The notes under the pieces were generated by a model. The model saw only the letters and a list, made by a program, of their open reading frames with translations, was not told the origin of the DNA and made no database searches. The position numbers were made by a program, and so were the translations under genes. From Candidatus Sumerlaeia bacterium (GTDB lineage: Bacteria; Sumerlaeota; Sumerlaeia; SLMS01; JANRJK01), in NCBI GenBank assembly GCA_033764015.1, contig JANRJK010000002.1:186478-250477 (forward strand): DNA of 64,000 nucleotides. Reading direction: 5' to 3'. Numbering within the stretch: position 1 is the stretch's first letter; each line of letters starts with the position of its first letter. This document shows, piece after piece, positions 9,632-19,531 of this stretch.

Positions 9632-11330
9632 GGGCCGGCTCCTCCACTCCAAGGCTCTTCATCCACAGGAACGCCACACCAAGCTCGCGCCGGTCGCTCG
9701 AGGCGCCGCCGTCGGCGGGCACGAACGGTGCATCCACCTCGATGCGGAACAGGCGCACCGAGCCCCGCACGTACTCGGGCACATCGCCGATGAGCGCCAC
9801 CCGCTCGAGTTCCGTCACCACGCGGGCGACCTCGCCGACGCCCTCAAGGGAAAGCACAACGCGTGTTTCCGCGATGCCGGCCGCGCGGCGCCCCGACAGA
9901 TCCAGCTCGAGGCAGACCCTCGCGCCGGCGGGTCGAAAGGCGAACAGCGCTTCGGAGGCGGTCCAGCGCTGCCAGCCCGCGCCTGTGCGCTCCGCATGGT
10001 AGAAGCCCGCCAGGAAGGGAGACGGCGCTGCTCCCTCCGGCCCCAGGTCGCCCGCCAACTCCGCGAACGCCTCGTCGAGGCTCTGCTGCCACTCCGCCGA
10101 GCCCGCCTTGCGCACGCGGGCGGATACTTCCGCGGGCAGCAGTGCGACGCCCTTCCAGTCCGGCTCGCGGTCGTGGCGCACGTGCAGCGCCGCCGCTCGG
10201 TCGGACCACTCGTAACACTGCTCCAAGTGGTCGCGGTCCGCATGCACCGCGGCGGTGATGCTGTAGTCGCCGTAGCCGAGGTTCACGGCAATGCGGAACT
10301 CCACCTCGAGCATGTCGCCCGGCGCGAGCGCAGGAACCGCGACGCCCTTCAGGAACGTGTTGGTTCCGAAGACGTCCATGCCGAGGCGGTCGCGAAGCAG
10401 GATCCCGACCGTCGGCGCGGGCACCTTGGAGAAGGCGTCCACGGTGACGCGGATCGTGGCGGTCTCGCCGGGCACGACGATCTCGCTGCGGAAGCCGCGG
10501 CTGTTGAGGACCTCGACGGACCGGATGGCGGCCTGGAAGGTGCCGCTGCGGCGGCGGCCGCGCGCCTCCGCGGCGCCCGCCCGGTACAGCTTCATCTCCG
10601 CGTTTCCCTGCCCCTGGCGTGCGATTAGCGCGTTGTACTCGTCCAGCACGTCGCCCGGCTCGCCCTCCGAAAGCACCATCCCCTCGTCCAGCAGCACCGC
10701 CGCGTCGCACAGCGTCAGCACCGCGCCCGGATCGTGGCTCACGAAGAGGATCGTCGCGCCCGCGTCGCGGAACTCGCGGATGCGGCGCACGCACTTCTGG
10801 GAGAACCGCGCGTCGCCCACCGACAGCGCCTCGTCCACGATCAGCACCTGCGGCTCCATCGCGGAGGCCACCGCGAACGCGAGCCGCATCTGCATGCCGC
10901 TGGAGTACGTGCGCAACGGCTGGTCGATGAAGTAGCCGAGCTCCGAGAAGGCCACAATGTCCTCCTCGCGCGCCAAGACCTCGTCGAGCGACATACCGAG
11001 GAACTGTCCGTTGATGCGGATGTTCTCGCGCCCGGAGAACTCGGGGTGGAAGCCCATGCCGAGCTCCAGGAGCGCTGCGACGCGCCCCTCCACGGATATC
11101 TCGCCCGAGGTGGGTATCAGCGTCCCGGTGATCAGCTTGAGGAGCGTGCTCTTCCCGGCGCCGTTCTGCCCGACGATGCCGACGGTCTTGCCACGCGGCA
11201 CCACTAGGTTCACGTCGCGCAGCGCCCAGAACTCCGTGGCCTCGCCCCGCAGCCCCAGCATCGAGCGGAGCCGCGCGCCGGGGGAGCGGTGCAGCCGGAA
11301 GCGCTTCGAGACGCGGTCGAGCCGGATCAC
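9618..11330 (-). CDS. wzt: Polysaccharide ABC exporter ATP-binding protein (Wzt/TagH-like) with Wzt_C carbohydrate-binding domain and extra C-terminal domain
   Basis: GQNGAGKST, YSSGMQMRLAF, VDEALSVGDARF, VSHD, followed by the Wzt_C-like ILLRDRLGMDVFGTNT. Confidence 0.85.
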   Translation of the reverse strand: MIRLDRVSKRFRLHRSPGARLRSMLGLRGEATEFWALRDVNLVVPRGKTVGIVGQNGAGKSTLLKLITGTLIPTSGEISVEGRVAALLELGMGFHPEFSGRENIRINGQFLGMSLDEVLAREEDIVAFSELGYFIDQPLRTYSSGMQMRLAFAVASAMEPQVLIVDEALSVGDARFSQKCVRRIREFRDAGATILFVSHDPGAVLTLCDAAVLLDEGMVLSEGEPGDVLDEYNALIARQGQGNAEMKLYRAGAAEARGRRRSGTFQAAIRSVEVLNSRGFRSEIVVPGETATIRVTVDAFSKVPAPTVGILLRDRLGMDVFGTNTFLKGVAVPALAPGDMLEVEFRIAVNLGYGDYSITAAVHADRDHLEQCYEWSDRAAALHVRHDREPDWKGVALLPAEVSARVRKAGSAEWQQSLDEAFAELAGDLGPEGAAPSPFLAGFYHAERTGAGWQRWTASEALFAFRPAGARVCLELDLSGRRAAGIAETRVVLSLEGVGEVARVVTELERVALIGDVPEYVRGSVRLFRIEVDAPFVPADGGASSDRRELGVAFLWMKSLGVEEPAHVEI

Positions 11331-12130
11331 GCCGCGCCCTCCCGGAGCGCCCGCAGCGCGGCCGCGGGGTCGGCGGCGCGGAGCAGCGATTCGCCCACCA
11401 GCAGCGCCCGCGCGCCGGCCGCGCGCATCCGCGCCGCGTCCGCCGCCGTCGCGATGCCGCTTTCCGCCACCAGCAGGCCCGATAGCCGGGCCCCCGCCGG
11501 GGCCAGCTCCTCGAAGATCGACAGCCGCGTCTCCTGCAGTTTCAGGTCCCGGTTGTTGATCCCCAGCAGCAGTTCCGGGATCGCCGCTTCCTTGACTAAG
11601 TCGAGCTCGTCCGCGGTGTGCACCTCCGCGAGCGCCTCCATCCCGATGGAGCGGGCGAGCGCGGCGAACGTGGAAAGCTCGCGCGGCCCGAGCACGCCGG
11701 CGATCAGCAGCACCGCGTCGGCGCCCCAGGCGCGAGCCTCCAGCACCTGGTACTCCGAGACGACGAACTCCTTGCGCAGCACCGGCAGCGGCACCGCCGC
11801 CCGCACTTCCGCGAGCATATCGAGCGAGCCGCCGAAATCCTCCGAATCGGTGAGGATCGAGAGCGCCGCGGCGCCGCCGGCGCGGTACGCCTCCGCCACC
11901 TCGACCGGGGCGAGGTCGGGGCGGATCGGCCCCGCGCTCGGGCTGCGGCGCTTCAGTTCGGCCACAACCGCGATCCCTTCCGCCGACTCGAGCGCGGCGC
12001 GGAAGGGGCGCGGCGGGGGGGCGTCCGCGATCCTCGCGCGCAGCTCCCCCTCCGGCACCGCGCGGAGCGCCGCCGCCACCTCGACGCGCTTGCGGACGAT
12101 GATGCGGTCCAGCACCGTCGGCGCGCTCAC
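11327..12130 (-). CDS. trpC: Indole-3-glycerol phosphate synthase
   Basis: AELKRRSPSAG, LSILTD, PVLRKEF, GINNRDL, VAESGI, LVGESL; the GTG start overlaps the trpD stop. Confidence 0.95.
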   Translation of the reverse strand: MSAPTVLDRIIVRKRVEVAAALRAVPEGELRARIADAPPPRPFRAALESAEGIAVVAELKRRSPSAGPIRPDLAPVEVAEAYRAGGAAALSILTDSEDFGGSLDMLAEVRAAVPLPVLRKEFVVSEYQVLEARAWGADAVLLIAGVLGPRELSTFAALARSIGMEALAEVHTADELDLVKEAAIPELLLGINNRDLKLQETRLSIFEELAPAGARLSGLLVAESGIATAADAARMRAAGARALLVGESLLRAADPAAALRALREGAA

Positions 12131-13155
12131 CGGAGCGCCCCCGCGCGCGCTACGATTCGCTCCCACTTGCGCGGGGCCTCGCCGGATTCCACCGCCTCCC
12201 GGGCAAGCTCCACGCCCTTGCCCACCGACGCCGCGCGCCCGGCGACCATCAGCGCGGCACCGCAGTTGAGCAGCGCGAGGTCCGTGGCCGGTCCCGCCTT
12301 CCCCTCGAACACCTCCGCCAGCAGCTCCGCGCTGTGCGCCGCGTCCCGTGCGAGGCAGCCGTCGAGCGGGCGCCTCGGCCAGTCCAGCTCCTCCGGCTGG
12401 AAGCGCCATGGCAGCAGGCGGCCGTCCCGCACGCGGATCCCTTCCGTCGGGCCGGAAAGCGTCAGCTCGTCCAAGGTGTCGCTCCCGCAGACCAGCAGCG
12501 CCTCCGCGATGCCGATGTGGACCAGCGTCTCCGCCATCGGGATCAGGAAGCGGGCGTCGCTCACGCCGACGATCTGGTGCGTCGGGCGCGCGGGATTCGC
12601 CAGCGGGCCGCAGAGATTGAAGATCGTTCGAACCTTCAGTTCGCGGCGCACGGGCCCGACGTGGCGGAGCGCGGGGTGGTAGGAGGGCGCCATCAGGAAG
12701 CAGAAGCCCTCCTCTTCGAGGAGCCGGGCCGACGCTTCGGGCTCGAGATCGAGCGGGTAGCCCATCTGCTCGAGGACGTCGGCGCTGCCGCTGCGGCTGC
12801 TCGCCGCGCGGTTGCCGTGTTTCGCCACCGGCACGCCGAGCGACGCCGCGATCACTGCGACCGCGGTGCTGACGTTGAACGTGCCGATGCCGTCGCCGCC
12901 GGTGCCGCAGGTGTCGAGCAGCACGCCGCCGGGGGGCTCCGGACGGGGGAACGGCGCCGCCGCGGAGCGGATCGCGCGGACGAAGCCCGTCAGCTCCGCG
13001 GGCGCCTCGCCGCGCACCCGCAACGCCATCAGGAGCGCTGCGGTCTGCGCGGGGGACGCGGCCCCGCTGATCAACTGGCCGGCTACCTGCTCCGCCTCCT
13101 CGGCGGTCAGGTGTTGACCCTCGGCAAGTGTTTGGAGCGCGTCTTGAAGGTGCAC
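12127..13155 (-). CDS. trpD: Anthranilate phosphoribosyltransferase
   Basis: DTCGTGGDG, FNVST, AKHGNRAASSRSGSADVLE, RTIFNLCGPLANP; GTG start at 13155 is inferred. Confidence 0.95.
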   Translation of the reverse strand: MHLQDALQTLAEGQHLTAEEAEQVAGQLISGAASPAQTAALLMALRVRGEAPAELTGFVRAIRSAAAPFPRPEPPGGVLLDTCGTGGDGIGTFNVSTAVAVIAASLGVPVAKHGNRAASSRSGSADVLEQMGYPLDLEPEASARLLEEEGFCFLMAPSYHPALRHVGPVRRELKVRTIFNLCGPLANPARPTHQIVGVSDARFLIPMAETLVHIGIAEALLVCGSDTLDELTLSGPTEGIRVRDGRLLPWRFQPEELDWPRRPLDGCLARDAAHSAELLAEVFEGKAGPATDLALLNCGAALMVAGRAASVGKGVELAREAVESGEAPRKWERIVARAGALR

Positions 13156-13189
13156 GGCGATGGGAGGACTCCTCGTCGAATCATGCGCG

Positions 13190-14827
13190 ATGTCTGATTC
13201 GCGGATCGCGCCGACCGACGCAACGCCCATCGCTCGCCCGGCTCCCCCCCCGCCGCCGCACGGAAAGGTCCCCGAACCGGAATTGGAAACCGACCTCTTG
13301 ATCATAGGCGCCGGCGCCGCCGGGGCCACCTGCGCGCTCCGCGCCGCGGACCTCGGGCTCGACGTGGTGCTCATCGCGAACTGCGAGGAGCTGCCCGGCG
13401 AATCGAACACGCGATGGGCGCAGGGAGGCATCGTCTACAGCGCCGCTGGCGACAGCCCCGAGCGCCTCGCGGCGGACATCCAGGCCGCGGGCTGCGGCAT
13501 CTGCCTGCCGGAAGCGGTCGAACAGCTCGCCCTCGAAGGGCCCCGCCTCGTCCGCGAAGTCCTCCTGGACCGGTGCGGCGTCCCCTTCGACCGCGGTGCC
13601 TCCGGCGCGCTCGACCTCACCGAGGAAGGCGCCCATTCGCTGCCGCGGATCATCCATGTGAAGGACACCACGGGGCGGGCCATCGCCGAGGGGCTCCACC
13701 GCGCGGTCGCGGCGAACCCCCGCATCCGCGTCCTCACCGGCGCCACCGCGGTGGACCTCATCATGCGCGGCTACCACTCGACGCGCCCGACCGATGTCTA
13801 CAAGCGCGACCGCTGCCTTGGCGCCTACGTGCTGAAGGACGACCGCGTCGAGCCGATCACCGCGCGGGAGACGGTGCTCGCGACCGGCGGCCTCGGCCAG
13901 ATCTACCTGCACACCACCAATCCGCCGACCGCGCGCGGCGACGGCGTCGCCATCGGCTACCGCGCCGGCGCCCGAATGGTGAACCTCGAGTACATCCAGT
14001 TCCACCCGACCGCCTTCTACCATCGGCTCGCGCCGCGGCACCTGCTTTCGGAGGCGATGCGCGGAGAAGGCGCCCGGCTGGTCACCGCGAAGGGCGACGC
14101 CTTCATGCCCCGGTACTCGGACCTCGGCGACCTCGCCCCGCGCGACGTTGTGGCGCGCGCGATCCACGAGGAGCTGCTCCGGAGCGGGGACGCCTGCGTC
14201 TTCCTCGATCTCACGCACCTCGATCCCTCCTTCGTCCGGGCGCGCTTCCCGGCGAACTACGAGTTCTGCCTCGAGTTCGGTGTCGACATGACCCGCGAAC
14301 CGGTGCCCGTGGTGCCCGCCGCGCATTATTCCTGCGGAGGAATCGGCGTCGATCTCGCCGGCCACACGAACATCGCGGGCCTCCGGGCCGTCGGCGAGGT
14401 ATCCTGCACCGGCGTCCACGGCGCGAACCGCCTGGCGAGCACCTCCCTCCTGGAGGCGCTGACCTGGGGCTGGCTGGCCGCGGAGGGCGTCGCTTCCGAG
14501 ACCGCCGAGAACCCGGTGCCCAACGCAGGCGAGGTGCAGCGCTGGCGCCTCGAGAGCGAGTCCGCCGACCCCGCGCTGCTCAAGCAGGACTGGATGACGA
14601 TCAAGGCGACCATGTGGAACCACGTGGGCCTAGTGCGAACGACGCAGCGCATGAACCGCGCGCTGCGCATCCTCCGCGAGCTCCAGTTCGAGGTGGAGAC
14701 CTTCTACCGGCGCGCGCGCCTGACGGACGAACTGCTCGGCTTGCGCAACGGCGCGCAGGCTGCCCTTGCCGTGGTCCACGCCGCGCTCCGCAATCGCGTC
14801 AGCCGCGGCGCCCACTACCGCATCTGA
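13190..14827 (+). CDS. nadB: L-aspartate oxidase
   Basis: IIGAGAAG, AQGGI, EGAHSLPRIIH, QFHPT, LAPRDVVARAI, HGANRLASTSLLE, SRGAHYR. Confidence 0.93.
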   Translation: MSDSRIAPTDATPIARPAPPPPPHGKVPEPELETDLLIIGAGAAGATCALRAADLGLDVVLIANCEELPGESNTRWAQGGIVYSAAGDSPERLAADIQAAGCGICLPEAVEQLALEGPRLVREVLLDRCGVPFDRGASGALDLTEEGAHSLPRIIHVKDTTGRAIAEGLHRAVAANPRIRVLTGATAVDLIMRGYHSTRPTDVYKRDRCLGAYVLKDDRVEPITARETVLATGGLGQIYLHTTNPPTARGDGVAIGYRAGARMVNLEYIQFHPTAFYHRLAPRHLLSEAMRGEGARLVTAKGDAFMPRYSDLGDLAPRDVVARAIHEELLRSGDACVFLDLTHLDPSFVRARFPANYEFCLEFGVDMTREPVPVVPAAHYSCGGIGVDLAGHTNIAGLRAVGEVSCTGVHGANRLASTSLLEALTWGWLAAEGVASETAENPVPNAGEVQRWRLESESADPALLKQDWMTIKATMWNHVGLVRTTQRMNRALRILRELQFEVETFYRRARLTDELLGLRNGAQAALAVVHAALRNRVSRGAHYRI

Positions 14828-14833
14828 GGCACG

Positions 14834-15688
14834 ATGCACCCGATCCTGATCCCGATAGGCGATTCCTTCTTCATCCCGAGCTACGGGGTGATGATCGCGC
14901 TTGGCGTCGTCGTCGCGCTCCTAGTCGCGTCGTGGCGCGCCAAGCGCGTGGGCGTCCCTTCCGACGACCTCTACGACCTCACCACCGTCGCGGTGCTTTC
15001 CGGCCTGCTCGGCGGGCGCGTGTTCTTCATCCTCCAGAACTGGGATGACTTCCTCAAGGCCCCCGCCGCGATGCTCTTCGCCCGCGACGGCTTCGTGTTC
15101 CTGGGCGGCCTCATCGGCGGCATCGGCTCCTCGTGGTGGTTCCTGCGCCGCCGCAAGATCGAGCCGTGGGTGATGGGCGACCTGGTGGCGGTCGGGCTGC
15201 CGATCGCGCACGCCTTCGGGCGCATCGGCTGCCACTTGTCGGGCTGCTGCTTCGGGCGCGAGTGCCGGCCGGGGTGGCTCGCGATCACGCTCAAGCCGGA
15301 GCAGCGCCCCGATGGGGAGCTCTTCTACAACGCCTACCTCGACCAGCTCCTGCGCGACACCATCGGCCCCGAAGCGGCGGAGAGCCTCCCCGTCTACGCG
15401 GTGCAACTCATGGAATCCGTCGGCCTCTTCGCGCTCGCGGCGACCATCGCGGCGATCTTCTGGCGCAAGTCGGGCCACCCCGGCGCGGCCTTCGCCGCGT
15501 ATCTGATGGGCTACTCCATCCTGCGCTTCTCGCTCGAGTTCCTCCGCGGCGACCTCGCCCGCGGCGTCTACTTCGGCGGCCTCGCCAGCACCAGCCAGCT
15601 CATCTCCCTCGGCGTGTTCGCGGGCGGGGCGGTTCTGCTCGCCAAGCGCCTCAAGGCCCCCCTCGTCGAGTTCGCCCCCAAGGCATGA
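14834..15688 (+). CDS. lgt: Prolipoprotein diacylglyceryl transferase
   Basis: SYGVMIALG, GGRVFF, GFVFLGG, GRIGCHLSGCCFG, RFSLEFLRGD. Confidence 0.92.
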   Translation: MHPILIPIGDSFFIPSYGVMIALGVVVALLVASWRAKRVGVPSDDLYDLTTVAVLSGLLGGRVFFILQNWDDFLKAPAAMLFARDGFVFLGGLIGGIGSSWWFLRRRKIEPWVMGDLVAVGLPIAHAFGRIGCHLSGCCFGRECRPGWLAITLKPEQRPDGELFYNAYLDQLLRDTIGPEAAESLPVYAVQLMESVGLFALAATIAAIFWRKSGHPGAAFAAYLMGYSILRFSLEFLRGDLARGVYFGGLASTSQLISLGVFAGGAVLLAKRLKAPLVEFAPKA

Positions 15689-17970
15689 GCATCCTCCGCC
15701 GCGAGCCGCCGCTCCTCGCCCTGCTTCTCGGCGCCGTGGCCCTTGTCGTGGCCTTCCACCACCACTACCTCGTGCCCGACGCCATGATGACCGGGGGCGA
15801 TTACGCCAACCTCTTCTGGCCCGGGAAGGTGTTCCTCCAACGCGCTTGGGAGGACGGCGTCGTCCCGCTTTGGAACCCGTACAACTACCTCGGCACCCCG
15901 TTCATGGCGACCATGCAGCAGGGGGCGTTCTACCCGCTCGACTGGCTGGTCTTCCTGCTCTTCCCGGCGCACACGGGGCTGAACGTCTACGTGCTGCTCC
16001 ACCTGTCGCTAGCCGCCGCCGGGATGGTGCTGTGGCTCCGCTCCGTGGCGGGGCGGCAGGCGTGGTGGATCGCCCTCTTCGCCGCCGTCTACCCCTGCAG
16101 CGGCTGGTTCTGGGGGCACCAGGAGCACATCAACCAGGTCGCGACCGCCGCGTGGTTCCCGTGGCTCGCGTGGTGCGCGTGGCGCTTCGGCAAGGGCGAG
16201 GACTCCGCGGTGCGATTCGTTGCGCGCTACGCCGCACTGAGCGCCGTCCAGTTCCTCGCGGGGCACCCGCAGGGCGCCATCTACACGCATCTGGTCAACG
16301 CGCTGATGCTGGCCGCGATCGCGTACCAGCGCGCGGGCGACCTCCCCGCGTTGCTGCGCTCCTGGACTCCGCTCGCCGCCGCGGGCGCGCTGGCCGCAGC
16401 GCTCTGCCTCGTCCAGCTCTTGCCCGGGAAGGAGATGGCGAACCACTCGGTGCGCCAGTTGCCCGACCCGCGCTACGCGCTCGCCTACAGCATGCCGCCG
16501 GACGTCCTCGCGACGTCGTTCCTCCCGAACGCCTTCGGCAACTTCCGCGATGGCTACCGCCGCCTCGGCGAGCGGGGCGAGATCCCCGACCTCCGCGCCT
16601 ACAACGAGTACGGCCAGTTCCTCGGCCCGGCGGTGCTGCTGCTCGCCGCCTTCGCCCTTTGGCCCGGTGCGGACCTGCGGCGCGCGGCGGCGTTCCTGGG
16701 CTTGATTGTGATGGTTGCCTTCGCCTTCGCGCTCGGCGGAAACCTCGATCCCCGCCGCCTGGCCGCGCTCGAATTCACCGAGTTCCAAGCCCCCGGCCTC
16801 TCACCCTACGACCTCTTCATCAAGGTGGTGCCGCTGATGGAGGGCTTCCGCGTGCCGGCGCGCTGGCTCATGGTCGCCATGTGGGCGCTCGCAACGCTCG
16901 CGGCGCTCGGTTGGATGCGCCTCTCGGACCGCCTCCGCGCGCTGCCGTCGCCGCCGCACCGACTCCTCGCCGGGGCGCTGCTCGCGGTGGCCGTCGCCGG
17001 GCCGCTTTGGTGGGGCTCCCGCGGGCAGAAGTTCCGCTTCCCCGGCGACGCCTCGCTCACGCTCCGCCTCGCCGACTCCGACCGCGTCCTCGGCGAGCGC
17101 TTCCTCGACAACCGCCTCTACCGGCTCTGGCTCGCCGACGACGACCTAGTCGCGAAGGACGAGCGCGAGTTCGAGACCACCTTCCAGCACGGCGACCCCG
17201 TCGCGCTCCGCTACACGCGCTTCCAGCCCAACCTCCACATGGTGGCGGGAATCCCGATGGAGGACGGCTACGAGGAGGGGCTCTCGCCGACGCTCGAGAC
17301 GAAGAGCTTCTTCCTCACCTTCAACCGCAACTTCCGCAGCCCCACGCCGGACCGCCAACTCATGGCGCTCCTCGGCATCGGCCGCCTCTTCAGCGACGCC
17401 CCGGTGGACACCTCGCTCTTCGAGCGCGACCCGTCTCTCTCGATCGACGGACGCCCGGTGCTCGCGAACCCGCTCCACCGCGGCGCGGCGTTCTGGGAGC
17501 TGCAGGCCGCCGGGATCGACTTCGCCGCGTTCAAGGGCGACCTCGCCACGGGCCGCTCCTCCGCCCCGACGCGCAACACGGTCCTGATGGAGTACGGCGG
17601 CGCGCCCGACTGGGAGCGCCCCTGGCCGCGCATCGAGGCACTGCTCCCCACGGCGAACCGCGTGCAGCTCCGCCTCCGCCAAGGCAACGCGCCGTCGGAC
17701 GCGCTGCTCGCGATGGGCTACTACCCCGGTTGGAAGTTCCTCTTGGATCGCGGCGACACGGTGCCGGTCGAGTGGCGCTCGCCCTTCCACGCGATCATTC
17801 CGCGCGGGAAGTTCGAGCGCCGCGAAGCCCTCCTGGCGTACCAGCCGGAGAGCTACCGCGTCGGCCTCTTCGGAAGCGCCGCCGCGCTTGCGGTGCTGGT
17901 GTTCCTGTCGAGCTTCGCGCGCCGTCAGACCGGCGACGCCACCGGTAGCGCCTCGCCCGTCAGGTCGTAG
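15685..17970 (+). CDS. YfhO-like multi-pass membrane protein (putative GT-C glycosyltransferase)
   Basis: PLWNPYNYLGTPF...FYPL, AGHPQ, FRVPARW, YYPGWK and YQPESYRVG are YfhO-like motifs; ATGA overlap with the lgt stop. Confidence 0.7.
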   Translation: MSILRREPPLLALLLGAVALVVAFHHHYLVPDAMMTGGDYANLFWPGKVFLQRAWEDGVVPLWNPYNYLGTPFMATMQQGAFYPLDWLVFLLFPAHTGLNVYVLLHLSLAAAGMVLWLRSVAGRQAWWIALFAAVYPCSGWFWGHQEHINQVATAAWFPWLAWCAWRFGKGEDSAVRFVARYAALSAVQFLAGHPQGAIYTHLVNALMLAAIAYQRAGDLPALLRSWTPLAAAGALAAALCLVQLLPGKEMANHSVRQLPDPRYALAYSMPPDVLATSFLPNAFGNFRDGYRRLGERGEIPDLRAYNEYGQFLGPAVLLLAAFALWPGADLRRAAAFLGLIVMVAFAFALGGNLDPRRLAALEFTEFQAPGLSPYDLFIKVVPLMEGFRVPARWLMVAMWALATLAALGWMRLSDRLRALPSPPHRLLAGALLAVAVAGPLWWGSRGQKFRFPGDASLTLRLADSDRVLGERFLDNRLYRLWLADDDLVAKDEREFETTFQHGDPVALRYTRFQPNLHMVAGIPMEDGYEEGLSPTLETKSFFLTFNRNFRSPTPDRQLMALLGIGRLFSDAPVDTSLFERDPSLSIDGRPVLANPLHRGAAFWELQAAGIDFAAFKGDLATGRSSAPTRNTVLMEYGGAPDWERPWPRIEALLPTANRVQLRLRQGNAPSDALLAMGYYPGWKFLLDRGDTVPVEWRSPFHAIIPRGKFERREALLAYQPESYRVGLFGSAAALAVLVFLSSFARRQTGDATGSASPVRS

Positions 17971-19361
17971 ACGTCCGCCTCGTCGATCCGCACATCGACG
18001 AACTCGCCGGACGCCAGCGGAGCCGCGCTGCGCACCCGCACCACGCCGTCGATGTCGGCGGCTTCGCTGTGCGAACGCCCCACGTACCAGTCCTTGCCGG
18101 GGACGGCGCCCTCGATCAGCACACGCCGCGTGGTGCCGACCTGCGCGGCGGCCCACTCCGCGCTCAGCGCCGACTGCAGCTTCATCACCTTGTCGCGGCG
18201 GGTGCGCTTCATGCGCTCGGGGAGCTGGTTCGGCAGCTCCGCCGCGGGCGTTCCAGCCTCGCGCGAGTAGGTGAACACGCCGAGCCGCTCGAAGCGGAAC
18301 TCCCGCATCCCGTCCAGCAGCTCGTCGAACTCCCCGGAAGACTCGCCGGGGAAGCCCACGATGAAGGTGGTGCGGATCGCGACGCCCGGCAGCTCTTCGC
18401 GCACCGAGCGCAGCGTATCGAGCGTGCGCTGGCGGTCGTGCGGGCGGCGCATCCGCCGCAGCACCGATTCGCTCAGGTGCTGGAGCGGAATGTCCAGGTA
18501 GCGGACGATCTTAGGCTCCGACTTCATCAGCTGGATGAGCGGCTTCGTAACGGTGGAGGGGTAGAGGTAGAAGAGGCGCACCCAGAAGTCGCCGCCGATG
18601 GCGCACAGCTCGTGCAGCAGGTCCGGGAGCGCCATGCGCTTCTCGCTGTCGAGGCCGTACTTGGTGATGTCCTGCGCGACGATGTTGATCTCGCGGACGC
18701 CGTCGTCCAGCAGCCGCCGCGCCTCGTCGAGCAGCACCTGCCGCGGCACCGAGGTGTAGATGCCCTTCATCAGCGGGATGCTGCAGAAGGTGCAGGTGTG
18801 GTTGCAGCCGTCGCTGATCTTGAGGAACCCGTGCGGACGGCGGTCGACGCGTGCGCGGGGCAGCGTGCGCTCGACCAGCACCCGCGGCGCGCCCGGCGAA
18901 AACTCGCGGTCGTCGAAGGGCACCGGCTCCGCCTCCGCCCCGTCGCCGCCGGACTGCTTGCGCAGGTCCCACGCCTCCTCCGCGTCGGTGTTCTGGATGA
19001 AGCGCGAGGGGTTGTCGCCGGCGACCAGCTCGGCGACCTTCTCGAACTGCCCGACGCCGGCGAGGAAGTCGATGTCGGGGAAGTCGCGCAGCAGCTCGGG
19101 GCCGTGGCGCTGCGACATGCAGCCGATCACGCCGAGGCGCGTGCCGTGCTTGCGGCGGATCGCGAGCCAGCGGCGGATCTGCTCGCGCGACTGCTCTTTC
19201 GCGGCTTCCAGGAAGGCGCACGTGGTGATCACGACGACGTCCGGCGGCCGCTTCTCGTCGGCCACCTCGACCGCGTGGCCCTTCACGTTGAGCAGCCCCG
19301 CGAGGTACTCGTTGTCCACCGTGTTCTTGTCGCAGCCGAGCGTCACCAGTCCGACGCGCAT
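17925..19361 (-). CDS. rimO: Ribosomal protein S12 methylthiotransferase RimO
   Basis: TLGCDKNTVD, TCAFLEAAKEQS, radical SAM CNHTCTFC, WVRLFYLYP, C-terminal TRAM domain. Confidence 0.92.
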   Translation of the reverse strand: MRVGLVTLGCDKNTVDNEYLAGLLNVKGHAVEVADEKRPPDVVVITTCAFLEAAKEQSREQIRRWLAIRRKHGTRLGVIGCMSQRHGPELLRDFPDIDFLAGVGQFEKVAELVAGDNPSRFIQNTDAEEAWDLRKQSGGDGAEAEPVPFDDREFSPGAPRVLVERTLPRARVDRRPHGFLKISDGCNHTCTFCSIPLMKGIYTSVPRQVLLDEARRLLDDGVREINIVAQDITKYGLDSEKRMALPDLLHELCAIGGDFWVRLFYLYPSTVTKPLIQLMKSEPKIVRYLDIPLQHLSESVLRRMRRPHDRQRTLDTLRSVREELPGVAIRTTFIVGFPGESSGEFDELLDGMREFRFERLGVFTYSREAGTPAAELPNQLPERMKRTRRDKVMKLQSALSAEWAAAQVGTTRRVLIEGAVPGKDWYVGRSHSEAADIDGVVRVRSAAPLASGEFVDVRIDEADVYDLTGEALPVASPV

Positions 19362-19531
19362 CCTGATCCCCTTGTCCGGCGCGGCGGGTGTTCCGCCGCG
19401 AGCGGGAATTTCCGCCGTCCGCCCGCCCCGCCGTCAAGCGGGAGGCGCCCGGATGAGCATGCGTTATCAGGGCGGCGGGCGTTGACCATCCGGGCCGGCG
19501 CCTGCACAGTCGCGCCCGAGGCAAGGAGCCC

